From an uncultured delta proteobacterium (GTDB lineage: Bacteria > Desulfobacterota > Binatia > UBA9968): a DNA stretch of 64,000 nt. Numbering within the stretch: the first letter of the stretch is position 1; every line of letters starts with the position of its first letter. Under the pieces are notes generated by a model that had not been told where the DNA came from, did not search any database, and was given only the letters and a program-made list of their open reading frames with translations. The stretch spans positions 32,001 to 96,000 of the forward strand of contig CAVSLC010000010.1 of NCBI GenBank assembly GCA_963728565.1, written 5' to 3'. Positions 41,643 through 51,184 of the stretch are shown one piece after another. Both the position numbers and the translations under genes were made by a program.

Positions 41643-42726
41643 TCAAACGCGAGTGTCGCCGGATGGCGCTACCAAGATCCGACCGCGCTGACCCGCAGTG
41701 TTGTACGCGCCCAGGACTCTTTCAGCTATCGCGAGAGTTTCACCTTCGACACACAGCGCCACGCAAGCGCCGCCAAAGCCCGCCCCTGTCAGCCTGGCGC
41801 CGTGCACCGCAGACTGACTCTGCAGGAGCTCGACCAGTTGATCGAGTTGGGCGATGGAGACTTCGTAGTCGTCGCGCAAGCTCCGATGCGAGGCGTTCAT
41901 CAACTGGCCAAATGCCGCGGCATCGATCATTTCCGCCGCGCGCAGCACCCGATCGTTTTCGCTGACTACGTGGCGCACTCGGCGGCGCAAGGGCTGTGGA
42001 AGCTCTTCGATTGCCGCAGTGTCGGTTACGTCGCGCAGAGCCCTGACGCCGAGCAATTGCGCCGCTTGCTCGCACTCGGCTCGGCGTTCATTGTATTTGC
42101 TCGCGGCCAGCGAGCGGGCGACCCCCGAGTCGATCACAAGAATTTCGGCGCGTGCCGGCAGTGGCAAAACCCGGCGCTGCAGTGTTCGAGTGTCGAGAAA
42201 CAACATGCTGCGGGTATCGGCAAGGCTTGATGCCATCTGGTCCATAATGCCGCAGTTGACATTGGCGTACCGGACCTCGGCTCGTTGCGCCAATTGCGCG
42301 ATAGCAACGTCATCCAATGGTAACTTAAAGAGCTGGCGCAATGCCCGCAAGCTGGCGACTTCGAGCGCGGCGCTTGACGACAAACCGACGCCGATGGGAA
42401 TCGACGATGAAATGTGAATGTCTAAAGGCGGCGCCTCGAAAATATGATCCCGGAGCTCGCGCAGGCAGCCATAAACATAGCTTGCAAAATGCTCATGTGG
42501 CGCTGACTCCATGGTGAATTCGGCGGCTTGCGCGAGCTCGGCGGCGTAAAGCGAAAACCGCTTGCCGGCATTTTCCCGCATCGACACGCAGGTGGTCTGC
42601 GCAATCGCCGTTGGCAATACGTAGCCGTCATTGTAGTCGGTGTGCTCGCCCAGAAGATTGACCCGGCCGGGCGCCTGTGCGCTCACCGCCGGCGGGTTTC
42701 CCGAATACCTCGGCAAACGTCTTCAT
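41643..42726 (-). CDS. galK: Galactokinase (frameshift near N-terminus ~42700)
   Basis: [43 protein letters not shown]; ATG 42726 (MKTFAEVFG) is in another frame. Confidence 0.94.
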
Positions 42727-42739
42727 CGCTAATCTAACA

Positions 42740-43828
42740 TCACAACTCAAGAAATATTTGGATCTGTTGCAGCTCCCGCGCCTTTTCCTCGGGCAGGGCG
42801 TCCATCGCAAAAAATCCTGCAGCCAACTCGGTGCCGGCAAGATACTTGAGCTTGTCCGGTGTGCGGTACGGCGGATAGAACTCGGCATGGAGATGCGATT
42901 CCGGATGGGGCTTGCCGTCGGTAGGCGCCTGGTACCAAGCCATCAGGTATGGAAACGGTCGTTTCCACAAACCGTCGAATTTTAGCAGAACCGTCTTCAG
43001 CGCGCGCGCTAAATCGGCGCGCTGCTCTCCGTTCACATGAGCAAAGTTTTCTACCGGCGCGATCGGCGCGACCCACACCTCATACGGATAGCGCGCGCAT
43101 ACCGGAACGAAAGCGACCGCATGTTCGCCGCTATAGAGCATCCGTGGTCCTGTCAATTCCTTGCTGATGAGATCTTGCAGGACCCCGCTTTGATGGATTT
43201 GGTAATGCGTCACGGCAATCTGCTGCATCCGCGCCGGCACGGGAGGAACCACAGGGTAAGCATAAATCTGACCATGCGGATGATGCAGTGTGACGCCGAC
43301 CTCCGCGCCACGGTTCTCAAACGGCAGCACGTACTCGATACCCGCAAGCTTACCCAAATTCTCGGTTCGGTCCGCCCAAACTTTCAGAACCAACTCCAAA
43401 TGATCGAGAGGCAAAGCACCTAAAGATGAGCGCGTGTCCTGAGTGAAGACAACGACTTCGCATTTTCCTGAAGCCGGAGCGGTCGGGACAATTAGCTCCG
43501 GCGGCTCCCTTGATTGTAGAGACAATGAAGGAAAGCGGTTGTCGAAGACGGCAACATCCCAGTCGCCTGACGGGAGCTCGGTTGGATGCGCCGGGTCGAG
43601 GGTGACAGCCAGAGGATTGTACTCCGGCGGCGGCAAGAATGTGCGGTCCTGCCGATAGGCCGCGTAGGTAATCCACTCGCCGCGCAAAGGATGCCAGCGC
43701 AAATGAGGATTGCCATGCAATGGATCGGGAAACGGGCTCGGCGCTTCAACTTTCCCGGCGCTAAGGGCTTTGCGTCCGTAAAGCGTCAGCTCTCTGCCGT
43801 CAGCCTTGGTGAAAGTCGCTCGATGCAT
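42740..43828 (-). CDS. galT: Galactose-1-phosphate uridylyltransferase
   Basis: FDNRFP, CEVVVF, FENRG.EVGVTLHHPHGQIY, KYLAGTE. Confidence 0.94.
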   Translation of the reverse strand: MHRATFTKADGRELTLYGRKALSAGKVEAPSPFPDPLHGNPHLRWHPLRGEWITYAAYRQDRTFLPPPEYNPLAVTLDPAHPTELPSGDWDVAVFDNRFPSLSLQSREPPELIVPTAPASGKCEVVVFTQDTRSSLGALPLDHLELVLKVWADRTENLGKLAGIEYVLPFENRGAEVGVTLHHPHGQIYAYPVVPPVPARMQQIAVTHYQIHQSGVLQDLISKELTGPRMLYSGEHAVAFVPVCARYPYEVWVAPIAPVENFAHVNGEQRADLARALKTVLLKFDGLWKRPFPYLMAWYQAPTDGKPHPESHLHAEFYPPYRTPDKLKYLAGTELAAGFFAMDALPEEKARELQQIQIFLEL

Positions 43829-45670
43829 CTAGACTCCGTGGGCTATGTGGCTCCGCGAAGTTTCCGTCGCCTCCCTGATCTCATGGAGGGGGATTTTTGG
43901 CGTCCGGTCGGCGCAGAGAAGTCCGTTGGCTTCCTGAAATGTATCGGTGAACTGGGTGTAACAAAAACCACTGAAGAGAGCCATGCGCGCCACCACATTC
44001 AAGAGCTCGCGATAACGGCGCGCAAACTCCTCCGCGTCCTCGACGACGGAGTAACCCCAGGCGGTTTTTACTCCTGGAGCGCGGCACTTATCGTAAGCAA
44101 TCCCGCCAAACTCAGTTAAGACAATGGGCTGGCCGCGATGAGGATAGCCGTCAAGAGTGAGGATTCGCCCGGCTGGACGCCGACGGTCGAAGAGCTGCTG
44201 AACCGGAATCTCCGGTCCGTAACGCAGGCGAAGGTGTTCGATATTGGCGTCGTAATCGTGAATGCCGATCATATCCGTGGCGCTACTCTCCCAACCGTCG
44301 TTGCCGATCACCGGACGAGTGGCGTCGAGTGTCTTTGTGAGATGATACAAAGCTTCCACCGCATGCCGTTGCTCTGGTGACGAAGGCAAATCCGGCACGC
44401 CCCATGATTCGTTCAATGGCACCCAGACAACCACGCACGGGTGGCTGTAGTCGCGCTCGATCGCTTCGGTCCACTCGCGCACCGTGCGTTTGATCGCGGT
44501 TCGCGTGAACCGATAGGCAGCCGGCATTTCCTCCCAGACAAGCAGCCCAAGTCTGTCAGCCCAGTAGAGGTAACGCGGGTTTTCGATCTTCTGGTGCTTG
44601 CGGACGCCGTTGAAGCCCATCTGCTTGACCAACTCTACATCGTGGCGTAACGCGTCGTCGTTTGGCGCGGCTAGAATCGTATCGGGCCAGTAGCCCTGGT
44701 CCAATACCAGACGAAGCAAATAGGGTCTGCCGTTCAGCACGAATCGATCGCGCACAATCTCGACCGAGCGTAAGGCAGTATACGACTGGCATTGATCGAC
44801 GACCTGGTCGCCGCGTTTCAGGCGGATCTCGGCGTCGAGCAATGTGGGTTGCTCGGGACTCCACAAAATCTCGTTGCGAAAATCATCGATCCCGGGGTCA
44901 GACAAGACAATTCGCCGATTGGCTTCACCGTCCAGCACCTGGTAAGAGTCGCTGGCTAACACTCGGCCATTGTGGCGCAAGTCGATCTCGATTTTGAGGT
45001 CCGGCACCAATTCTCCGGAAACTCTGGCCTCGAAATCCAGCGCGAAGCCAACCATGTGCGGCGTCCAACGAATCTTGCCGATGTACGTCTGCGAGACCCG
45101 CTCCAACCAAACCGTCTGCCAAATTCCAGTTGTGCGGTGATACCAAATCGAGCGGGGTTCGAGATGCCAATCCTGCTTGCCACGAGGTTTGGTTAGATCC
45201 AGCGGATCGTCTTCCACCTGAACGGCGATAGTTTGCTTTTCGGACGGATTGAGCGCCGCGGTAATATCCGCAGAGAAGGGAGTATGACCGCCCTCATGGG
45301 TCGCAACTTCGCGACCGTTTACCCATACCCGGGCGTGATAATCCACCGCGCCAAAATGCAGGATCGTTCGCCCGCTATCGGGCGCCAAGTGAAAGTCCCT
45401 TTCATACCAACACACGCAATGAAAATTACGATCACCGATTCCGCTTTTCTTTGATTCGGGAGGGAACGGCACCTGAATAGTCAGTGGCCATTCTTGAATT
45501 TCCGCGGGGTGCCTAAATTTCTGATCATCGTCGAAACAAAATCTCCAAGGTCCGTTTAAATTGGTCCAATGCTGTCTCTCCAGCTGAGGGCGGGGGTATC
45601 CGGAATCCAAAATATTTTCCTCCGAGATGAAAATTCCGGAATAGTATAACCCACCGCCAACGCTAAACAC
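43829..45670 (-). CDS. GH2 glycoside hydrolase (beta-galactosidase/furanosidase-like; start uncertain)
   Basis: YPRPQL, LHFGAVDY, RGKQ, LDQGYWP, NGVRKHQK, LNESWG, LTEFGG, GFCYTQFTD..QE.NGL. Confidence 0.9.
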   Translation of the reverse strand: MFSVGGGLYYSGIFISEENILDSGYPRPQLERQHWTNLNGPWRFCFDDDQKFRHPAEIQEWPLTIQVPFPPESKKSGIGDRNFHCVCWYERDFHLAPDSGRTILHFGAVDYHARVWVNGREVATHEGGHTPFSADITAALNPSEKQTIAVQVEDDPLDLTKPRGKQDWHLEPRSIWYHRTTGIWQTVWLERVSQTYIGKIRWTPHMVGFALDFEARVSGELVPDLKIEIDLRHNGRVLASDSYQVLDGEANRRIVLSDPGIDDFRNEILWSPEQPTLLDAEIRLKRGDQVVDQCQSYTALRSVEIVRDRFVLNGRPYLLRLVLDQGYWPDTILAAPNDDALRHDVELVKQMGFNGVRKHQKIENPRYLYWADRLGLLVWEEMPAAYRFTRTAIKRTVREWTEAIERDYSHPCVVVWVPLNESWGVPDLPSSPEQRHAVEALYHLTKTLDATRPVIGNDGWESSATDMIGIHDYDANIEHLRLRYGPEIPVQQLFDRRRPAGRILTLDGYPHRGQPIVLTEFGGIAYDKCRAPGVKTAWGYSVVEDAEEFARRYRELLNVVARMALFSGFCYTQFTDTFQEANGLLCADRTPKIPLHEIREATETSRSHIAHGV

Positions 45671-45841
45671 GAGACAAAAGTTGCGCGCTCCTTAGCGATG
45701 GCGCAGAAGCTCCGAGTAGGAAAAAAGTGTCGCTTCCATCCGAAGAAGTAGTTGAAATGCGGTCCGACGGCAAATGCCGCCCGCCGGCAGATGCTGGGGT
45801 ACTTTTTTACTCGCGGAGCCTTATGATCAATCCCAGGCGCA

Positions 45842-45873
45842 GGGTCGAGCCCGCTGACGAGCAGGCTCGACCC
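45842..45873. other. Strong intergenic hairpin
   Basis: GGGTCGAGCC-CGCTGACGAGCA-GGCTCGACCC, perfect 10-bp stem. Confidence 0.5.
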
Positions 45874-45960
45874 GAAGAACCTTCACACCGGCCGGAGGCG
45901 ATACTCCGATTGAGATCGTCTCAGCTGGTCGCACCTCTCGGTTGATCTCGTCGGTGAGAC

Positions 45961-46112
45961 AGCGCCGAGCCTTTTCCTGCAATTCCACAGCAGATGAAAG
46001 TGATTGAGCTCTTCGCGACAGATCCGCTCCAGCTCTTGAACGGTAGCGCTGCTATCGGCGGTGTCGATGCCTGGGCTTTTTGAATCAAGGTCTCATACAA
46101 ACGCTTGCCGGT
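45961..46112 (-). pseudogene. Fragment of a ferritin-like di-iron protein gene
   Basis: Manual translation TGKRLYETLIQKAQ (shift) ATVQELERICREELNHFHLLWNCRKRLGA with an ExxH motif; no start or full-length frame. Confidence 0.55.
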
Positions 46113-46291
46113 AAGTCGAGAAGCAATTGTATACCAGAAAATACCTTGCGCTAGTGGCGCGCGCGTATTGCTCGCGAAACAAACCGGCTTCAGTCCGTTA
46201 CGCCTGTGACATATACCAGCGCGATTGCCATGCGAATCGGATTTTGTCGAGGTGTATTCCCGTGAGTCGATAGACTTGATAAGCTGATCTC

Positions 46292-46507
46292 ATGACCAAA
46301 ACACCTAAAGCGCTGCGCTCGGATGCTTACTCCGCACCTGTTGACATATGCGAAGTGGATGGCATCGCTCTCTCCGCGGAAGAAGTGAATCTCGCAAAGC
46401 TGCTGGTTGATAAGTTGGCACGGACTGCGAGGGGCAGCGTGATCGATTTCGGTCGGGCTTCGAAACAGCGCCTAAAGCGAACCAGGTCACCAAATCCCAC
46501 CCGGTAA
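46292..46507 (+). pseudogene. Possible remnant of Ku (NHEJ) C-terminal region
   Basis: SAEEVNLAKLLVDKLA...GSVIDF resembles Ku ELxLAxxLI...VIDL; Ku core absent. Confidence 0.35.
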
Positions 46508-46684
46508 GTGTCACGGCCGGTTACGGATAGAGCCTCATAGACCCCGATAGCGACTTCAGACATCTTCGCAGAGTTTCCAGCCTAGCAGAACAATTCGTCC
46601 CTTTGATGCACCTTGCATAGATCGTGTTTCGCAGCCCTGCGACATTGATCGAGCTGCTTCGAGCTAAATGCTTGAGCTAAGCGG

Positions 46685-46699
46685 TGGCACAGCCGTTGC
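46685..46699 (+). promoter_or_regulatory. sigma54 promoter (TGGCACAGCCGTTGC)
   Basis: GG-N10-GC 88 bp upstream of ATG 46787. Confidence 0.8.
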
Positions 46700-46786
46700 G
46701 TTGCTACCTGCATTCCCACCGGGCTAACGCTTAATCTCAGATCTCAGAATTCTTTGATCGAGTATTTAAATAAGGAGTGTTTATTT

Positions 46787-47368
46787 ATGGAGAACCAACC
46801 AAGCCAAAGCGCCACGGGTGTAAGCGACGGCGGCGCCGTCCTTATCAATAAGGCGAAGAGCGAGGCCGCCGGAGTGGCGCAGGATGTGAAGCGGCAGGGT
46901 CAGGAACAATTCGAAGCGCGTAAACGGACGGCGGCGGACCAAACTGAAAAGCTGGCCGGCGTGGTCGACCGAGTCTCCGCGGAACTCAAAAGTCAGAATC
47001 AAGAATCATTGGCTGATTACGCGGGTCAGTTGGCAGGCAGTATGAAGGATTTCGCCGAGAGCTTGAGGCAGCGGAATCTCGACGAGCTGGTCAAAGATAC
47101 CCAACAACTGGCGCGCCGCAATCCCACTCTTTTTCTCATGGGAAGTGTAGCGGTCGGCATAGCGCTTTCGAGGTTTTTCAAGGCATCGAGCCAGCGTAGC
47201 GGCGCCGGCCGGTACGACGAATCTGAGCTCTACGGCTCGAGCCAATCGGCCGTACAACCGATCACCTTTGAGTCGCGGCCGTCGGTAATATCCGAATCAG
47301 CGACGACAACACCCTCGTCAACAGCGGAGAGCCCGTCCTTCGCTGACGATCTGGAGAAAGGAGTTTGA
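46787..47368 (+). CDS. DUF883/ElaB-like helical protein with membrane anchor
   Basis: AAGGAG RBS; ARRNPTLFLMGSVAVGIALSRFFKAS. Confidence 0.75.
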   Translation: MENQPSQSATGVSDGGAVLINKAKSEAAGVAQDVKRQGQEQFEARKRTAADQTEKLAGVVDRVSAELKSQNQESLADYAGQLAGSMKDFAESLRQRNLDELVKDTQQLARRNPTLFLMGSVAVGIALSRFFKASSQRSGAGRYDESELYGSSQSAVQPITFESRPSVISESATTTPSSTAESPSFADDLEKGV

Positions 47369-47370
47369 TC

Positions 47371-47808
47371 ATGGCAAAACAACCGCCATTTCAAGCTACG
47401 CCGGCAAGCGAATCAGCTCGCGTCGACCGGGAACCCGATTCGACAGCCGGCCTGCTAAGTCGTCTCATGGGGGAAGTGTCAACGTTGTTTCGCAAAGAGA
47501 TAGCCCTGGCAAAGGCAGAAGTGTCCGAAGCCGCTTCGGAAGCAAAAGCCGGAGCCGTCAGCCTGGTAGCTGGCGGGGCAATTGTTTTCGCCGCTATTCT
47601 CGTCCTGCTTGGCGCAATTGTCCTGCTGCTGGCCCAAAGGATGGAGCCTTGGTTGGCAGCTCTCATCGTCGCCGTGGTGGTAGGGGTCATTGGCTTTGTG
47701 ACGATCCAAAGCGGCAAGAAGAAGTTAGATCCATTGTCTTTCAAGCCTGAGCGGACTCAGGATGCGCTGCGCAAAGACAAGGAGATGGTTCAAAGGAGGG
47801 CGTCGTGA
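47371..47808 (+). CDS. Holin-like two-TM protein (YqjE/YhjD, phage holin 3_6 family)
   Basis: STLFRKEIALAKAE, two TM helices, KPERTQDALRKDKE. Confidence 0.85.
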   Translation: MAKQPPFQATPASESARVDREPDSTAGLLSRLMGEVSTLFRKEIALAKAEVSEAASEAKAGAVSLVAGGAIVFAAILVLLGAIVLLLAQRMEPWLAALIVAVVVGVIGFVTIQSGKKKLDPLSFKPERTQDALRKDKEMVQRRAS

Positions 47809-48635
47809 GCGACATAAATAACGCAAGCAACCTCAGAGATGATGCGCGAAAAGATCCGGCAACCCTGGAACGAGAGATCGATCAGACCCGGGCTAACATG
47901 GACCGGACGCTCGGCGCATTGGAACGCAAGTTTTCGCCGGGTCAACTGTTGGATCAGGCAATGGAGTTCGCTCGGGAGAATGGCGGAGAGTTCGCAAACA
48001 ATCTCGGCCGCTCCATTAAGGAGAATCCGGTGCCGGCGCTGTTGACCGCAGTGGGACTCGTCTGGATGGTCGCCTCGAGCAATCGCCCGAGATCGCCGGT
48101 CGCCGATGCTTACGATGACCGCTATGCACGGGATGCTGCCAACGCCGTCGATTTCGACGATACAGGCTATGAGGACGATGCCGGCGATCAGAGGGAAGGG
48201 TTGACCGATAAAGCGCAACGACTCAAAGCCTCTGCCGAGGGAACCTTGAGTGAAGCAGGGCAACGGGTAAAGTCCGCCGCCGCGCAAGCTCGACAGAAGC
48301 TGACAGGCACTAAAGATACAGTGTCAGCGGGACTGAGAAGAACTTCGGGCACCGCACAAGTCCAAACGCAACGAGTGCGTGAGAGTTTCAACAGTCTTCT
48401 CACTGAGCAGCCGCTGCTCCTGGGAGCTTTGGGGATTGCTGTCGGAGCCGCCATCGGCGCTGCTTTGCCGGCGACCGAGCAAGAGGATCGGCTGTTCGGT
48501 TCGGCGCGCGACAAAGCCCTCTCCGAGGTCAAGGAGCGTGGGACCGAAACGTATGAGCAGGTGCGCGACAAGGTTAATGCTGTCGGCCAAGAGGCAAAGC
48601 AATCGATCTCCAATGCGGTCCGGGAATCCACTTAA
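47805..48635 (+). CDS. DUF3618 domain protein
   Basis: LEREIDQTRANMDRTLGALERKFSPGQL, ENPVPALL, EQPLLLGALGIAVGAAIGAALP.TEQEDRL.G. Confidence 0.85.
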   Translation: MSDINNASNLRDDARKDPATLEREIDQTRANMDRTLGALERKFSPGQLLDQAMEFARENGGEFANNLGRSIKENPVPALLTAVGLVWMVASSNRPRSPVADAYDDRYARDAANAVDFDDTGYEDDAGDQREGLTDKAQRLKASAEGTLSEAGQRVKSAAAQARQKLTGTKDTVSAGLRRTSGTAQVQTQRVRESFNSLLTEQPLLLGALGIAVGAAIGAALPATEQEDRLFGSARDKALSEVKERGTETYEQVRDKVNAVGQEAKQSISNAVREST

Positions 48636-48764
48636 TTGATGTTATTGGACCAAGCCTCACGTCAGACGGTACGAGGCTGCCGTTGAGTCTTATGTTCTGG
48701 GGTTCCGACCCCGGGATGGGCGTTAGTGCCTCTCGAGCTGAAGAGTTGTTCAGGAGTCCGTTAA

Positions 48765-49667
48765 ATGCAACGTAAGTCTATTTTGCAGTTTCTAAAAACC
48801 ACCATCAACGAGTGGGTCGAAGCAGAACCGTTCCAGCTGGCGGCCGCATTATCGTATTACACTCTATTTTCTCTTGCACCACTGCTGCTTATCGCTATCG
48901 GAGTCGCGGGGTTCGTTTTTGGCAGAGAGGCTGCGCAAAATCAGATCGTTGAAACGCTCCAGGGAATGATTGGGCAAGAGAGCGCCCAGACCGTTCAGGA
49001 AATGATCCAGACCTCAAACGAAAAACCGAAAACCGGAATGATCTCTACCGTCATCGGCTTTATCGCCCTTATGTTCGGCGCCGGCGGGGTCGTGGGTCAG
49101 CTGCAAACTTCGCTGAACAAAATTTGGGAAGTGACACCGAAACCGGGCCAGGGCATCTGGGGCTTCTTGCGGCAGCGGTTCTTCTCTTTTGCGATGGTGC
49201 TAGCAATCGGGTTCTTGCTGTTGGTCTCGCTTGTCGTGACCGCTGTTCTGAGTAGCTTCACGTCAATGCTGAGCAGCTTTTTAGGCGACGCGACATTCGT
49301 GGCTCATGCCATTGATATCCTGGTTTCCTTCGGATTTGTCACGTTACTATTTGCCCTGATTTATAAGTACGTGCCGGATGTAGAGATCCAGTGGAGAGAT
49401 GTCTGGGTCGGCGCCGCGTTAACTTCGATACTGTTCACCATAGGGAAGTATCTCATCGGACTCTACATCGGAACCAGCGGCGTCAGCTCGACCTTCGGCG
49501 CCGCGGGTTCGCTGATTACGATTCTCGTCTGGGTCTATTATTCATCTCTGATCTTTTTTCTTGGCGCCGAATTTACCAGAGTGTATGCGACCCAATATGG
49601 ATCCGGCGTTGCCCCTGCTAAAAACGCTCAACCGATGGATGCTGCGCCTCAGTCCGCGAACGCATGA
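48765..49667 (+). CDS. YihY/BrkB family membrane protein
   Basis: LAAALSYYTLFSLAPLL, LQTSLNKIW, FGAAGSL..ILVWVYYSS.IFFLGAEFT. Confidence 0.93.
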   Translation: MQRKSILQFLKTTINEWVEAEPFQLAAALSYYTLFSLAPLLLIAIGVAGFVFGREAAQNQIVETLQGMIGQESAQTVQEMIQTSNEKPKTGMISTVIGFIALMFGAGGVVGQLQTSLNKIWEVTPKPGQGIWGFLRQRFFSFAMVLAIGFLLLVSLVVTAVLSSFTSMLSSFLGDATFVAHAIDILVSFGFVTLLFALIYKYVPDVEIQWRDVWVGAALTSILFTIGKYLIGLYIGTSGVSSTFGAAGSLITILVWVYYSSLIFFLGAEFTRVYATQYGSGVAPAKNAQPMDAAPQSANA

Positions 49668-49811
49668 GAATGGGGGATTTGGGCTGCTTCAGCGAAGATG
49701 AGAGGGTCTATTTTCGCTCACCTAGTTGCATCCAATTTCGTCTCGTCCTTTATTTAAGACGGGATCGGCTTGGCAGGCATTTCGACCAAGAGGACAGGGA
49801 CGGAACGAAGT

Positions 49812-49949
49812 TCAATATGCCGCGCGCCAGTTTACTACCCAACCGTAAACCGCCAACCAGAAGAGCATGCAGGTTCCGAGAATAACCGCCCAACCGGCGA
49901 GCCACTGCAGAAGTGAAAGCGGGTTTTCCAATTCCTGATGTCCGTCCAT
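49812..49949 (-). CDS. 45-aa single-TM microprotein
   Basis: GGAGG RBS; MDGHQELENPLSLLQWLAGWAVILGTCMLFWLAVYGWVVNWRAAY. Confidence 0.6.
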   Translation of the reverse strand: MDGHQELENPLSLLQWLAGWAVILGTCMLFWLAVYGWVVNWRAAY

Positions 49950-50249
49950 CGTTGACCTCCAGTCATCGTGTGGGAAGGAGCATACATAAAGGGCAGATAT
50001 GTGCCCCGTTGCCTTGTAAATGCAATTGTCACACCTAAACGAAACGACATAGAAGCTCAAAACAGGGCTAGCGCTCAGAGTTTTCGGCAGGATTGCGTGT
50101 AGGATATTGTCGTGATGATCTTCTGAATGCGCAGGGGCAAGAAATTTCCGCTGGGGGGCAGGAGTCAGCGGTCATCAGTAACGGGTCGAGCTTCCTCCCG
50201 CTGAAGCCAACCGCCTGAATGCTATTCCAATATTAATTCAAGAAGCTGA

Positions 50250-50489
50250 TCAGCCCATCGGGATCAGGAATATTTTCCTGCCATCCCTTTGAGCATACTG
50301 TCGTCCAATTTTAGGGCAGTGCACCCGTTTTTCCCTTAACTCTGCAATAATTGCGGGAGGATCTTTATTGGCAAAAGCCTCCTCGATGCTTTGTTTGCTG
50401 GCCGGCCCTCCATTTAAGCTGACAGTAATGCCAGTCGTATGCAGATCACCACATGCATTGCACACGGCACAGACGTTATACATAGCCAT
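50250..50489 (-). CDS. Small Cys/His-rich putative metal-binding protein (79 aa)
   Basis: GGAGG RBS; CAVCNACGDLH...VHCPK. Confidence 0.7.
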   Translation of the reverse strand: MAMYNVCAVCNACGDLHTTGITVSLNGGPASKQSIEEAFANKDPPAIIAELREKRVHCPKIGRQYAQRDGRKIFLIPMG

Positions 50490-50577
50490 GCTGATACCCT
50501 CCGGTTCGCAGTTCCAGCTAAGAAAACCAATCGCCTGTTACTTCGCCGCGTTTGTTTATTCCAGGTTTGCTGCTCAG

Positions 50578-50769
50578 CTACCCCCTTTTAAGTTGAAGTT
50601 CGTCTAAATTAATCTCGCGCGTTTCGAGCCCAAGTTCTCGCGCCTTCTGATTGCATGGATGACACACAAGCATATTGAGCAGTACGCCACCCGGATCCTC
50701 GCTGATCACACGGTAGGCTTTGCCCGTAAGCGTTCGCTCGCAGTGATCGCAAAATAATTCCCTGGCCAT
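50578..50769 (-). CDS. 63-aa CxxC...CxxC zinc-finger microprotein
   Basis: MARELFCDHCERTL...MLVCHPCNQKARELGL. Confidence 0.7.
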   Translation of the reverse strand: MARELFCDHCERTLTGKAYRVISEDPGGVLLNMLVCHPCNQKARELGLETREINLDELQLKRG

Positions 50770-50783
50770 GATGAATACGGCGA

Positions 50784-50798
50784 GCAAGGCATATGCCA
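50784..50798 (-). promoter_or_regulatory. sigma54 promoter (TGGCATATGCCTTGC)
   Basis: GG-N10-GC only 15 bp upstream of ATG 50769. Confidence 0.72.
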
Positions 50799-51184
50799 TC
50801 TACTAACAAGAAAAAAGATTCTACTTTTGTCGATGATTTCTTCCTCCGCTCAAGAAAAATCGCACTGCTAACAGTTTCCTGAGGGCTCGGCGTCGCGTTG
50901 TTGCGAATGGAATCCCCATTCTGAACTGTAGGCTCGAGCTTCACCAGTTCGCGAGATCACAAACGAGACACTATTGGCCGATCAGAGGAGAAACCCCGCA
51001 AGGAACAGCTAAGTTGATGGGATCGTCGCTGGCTGCTGTACCAATTGTCAGCGAACCACGTCGTACGGCTAAACTGCGGGTCAAGCTGCTATAAGGGGAT
51101 AGCCCGGAACAATATTGACCAAACGGACGAGCTATGATTCGCCACAGGCGCTGATCAGCTGACTGTCATAACTATGCTAACCAA

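Noticed and set aside
47371-47808. Holin-like gene as evidence of a prophage
   Set aside because: No endolysin, structural or integrase genes; the context is the YqjD/YqjE-like stress module.
50250-50489. CxxCxxC as a radical-SAM or ferredoxin motif
   Set aside because: The spacing is not CxxxCxxC, the protein is only 79 aa, and no ferredoxin pattern is complete.
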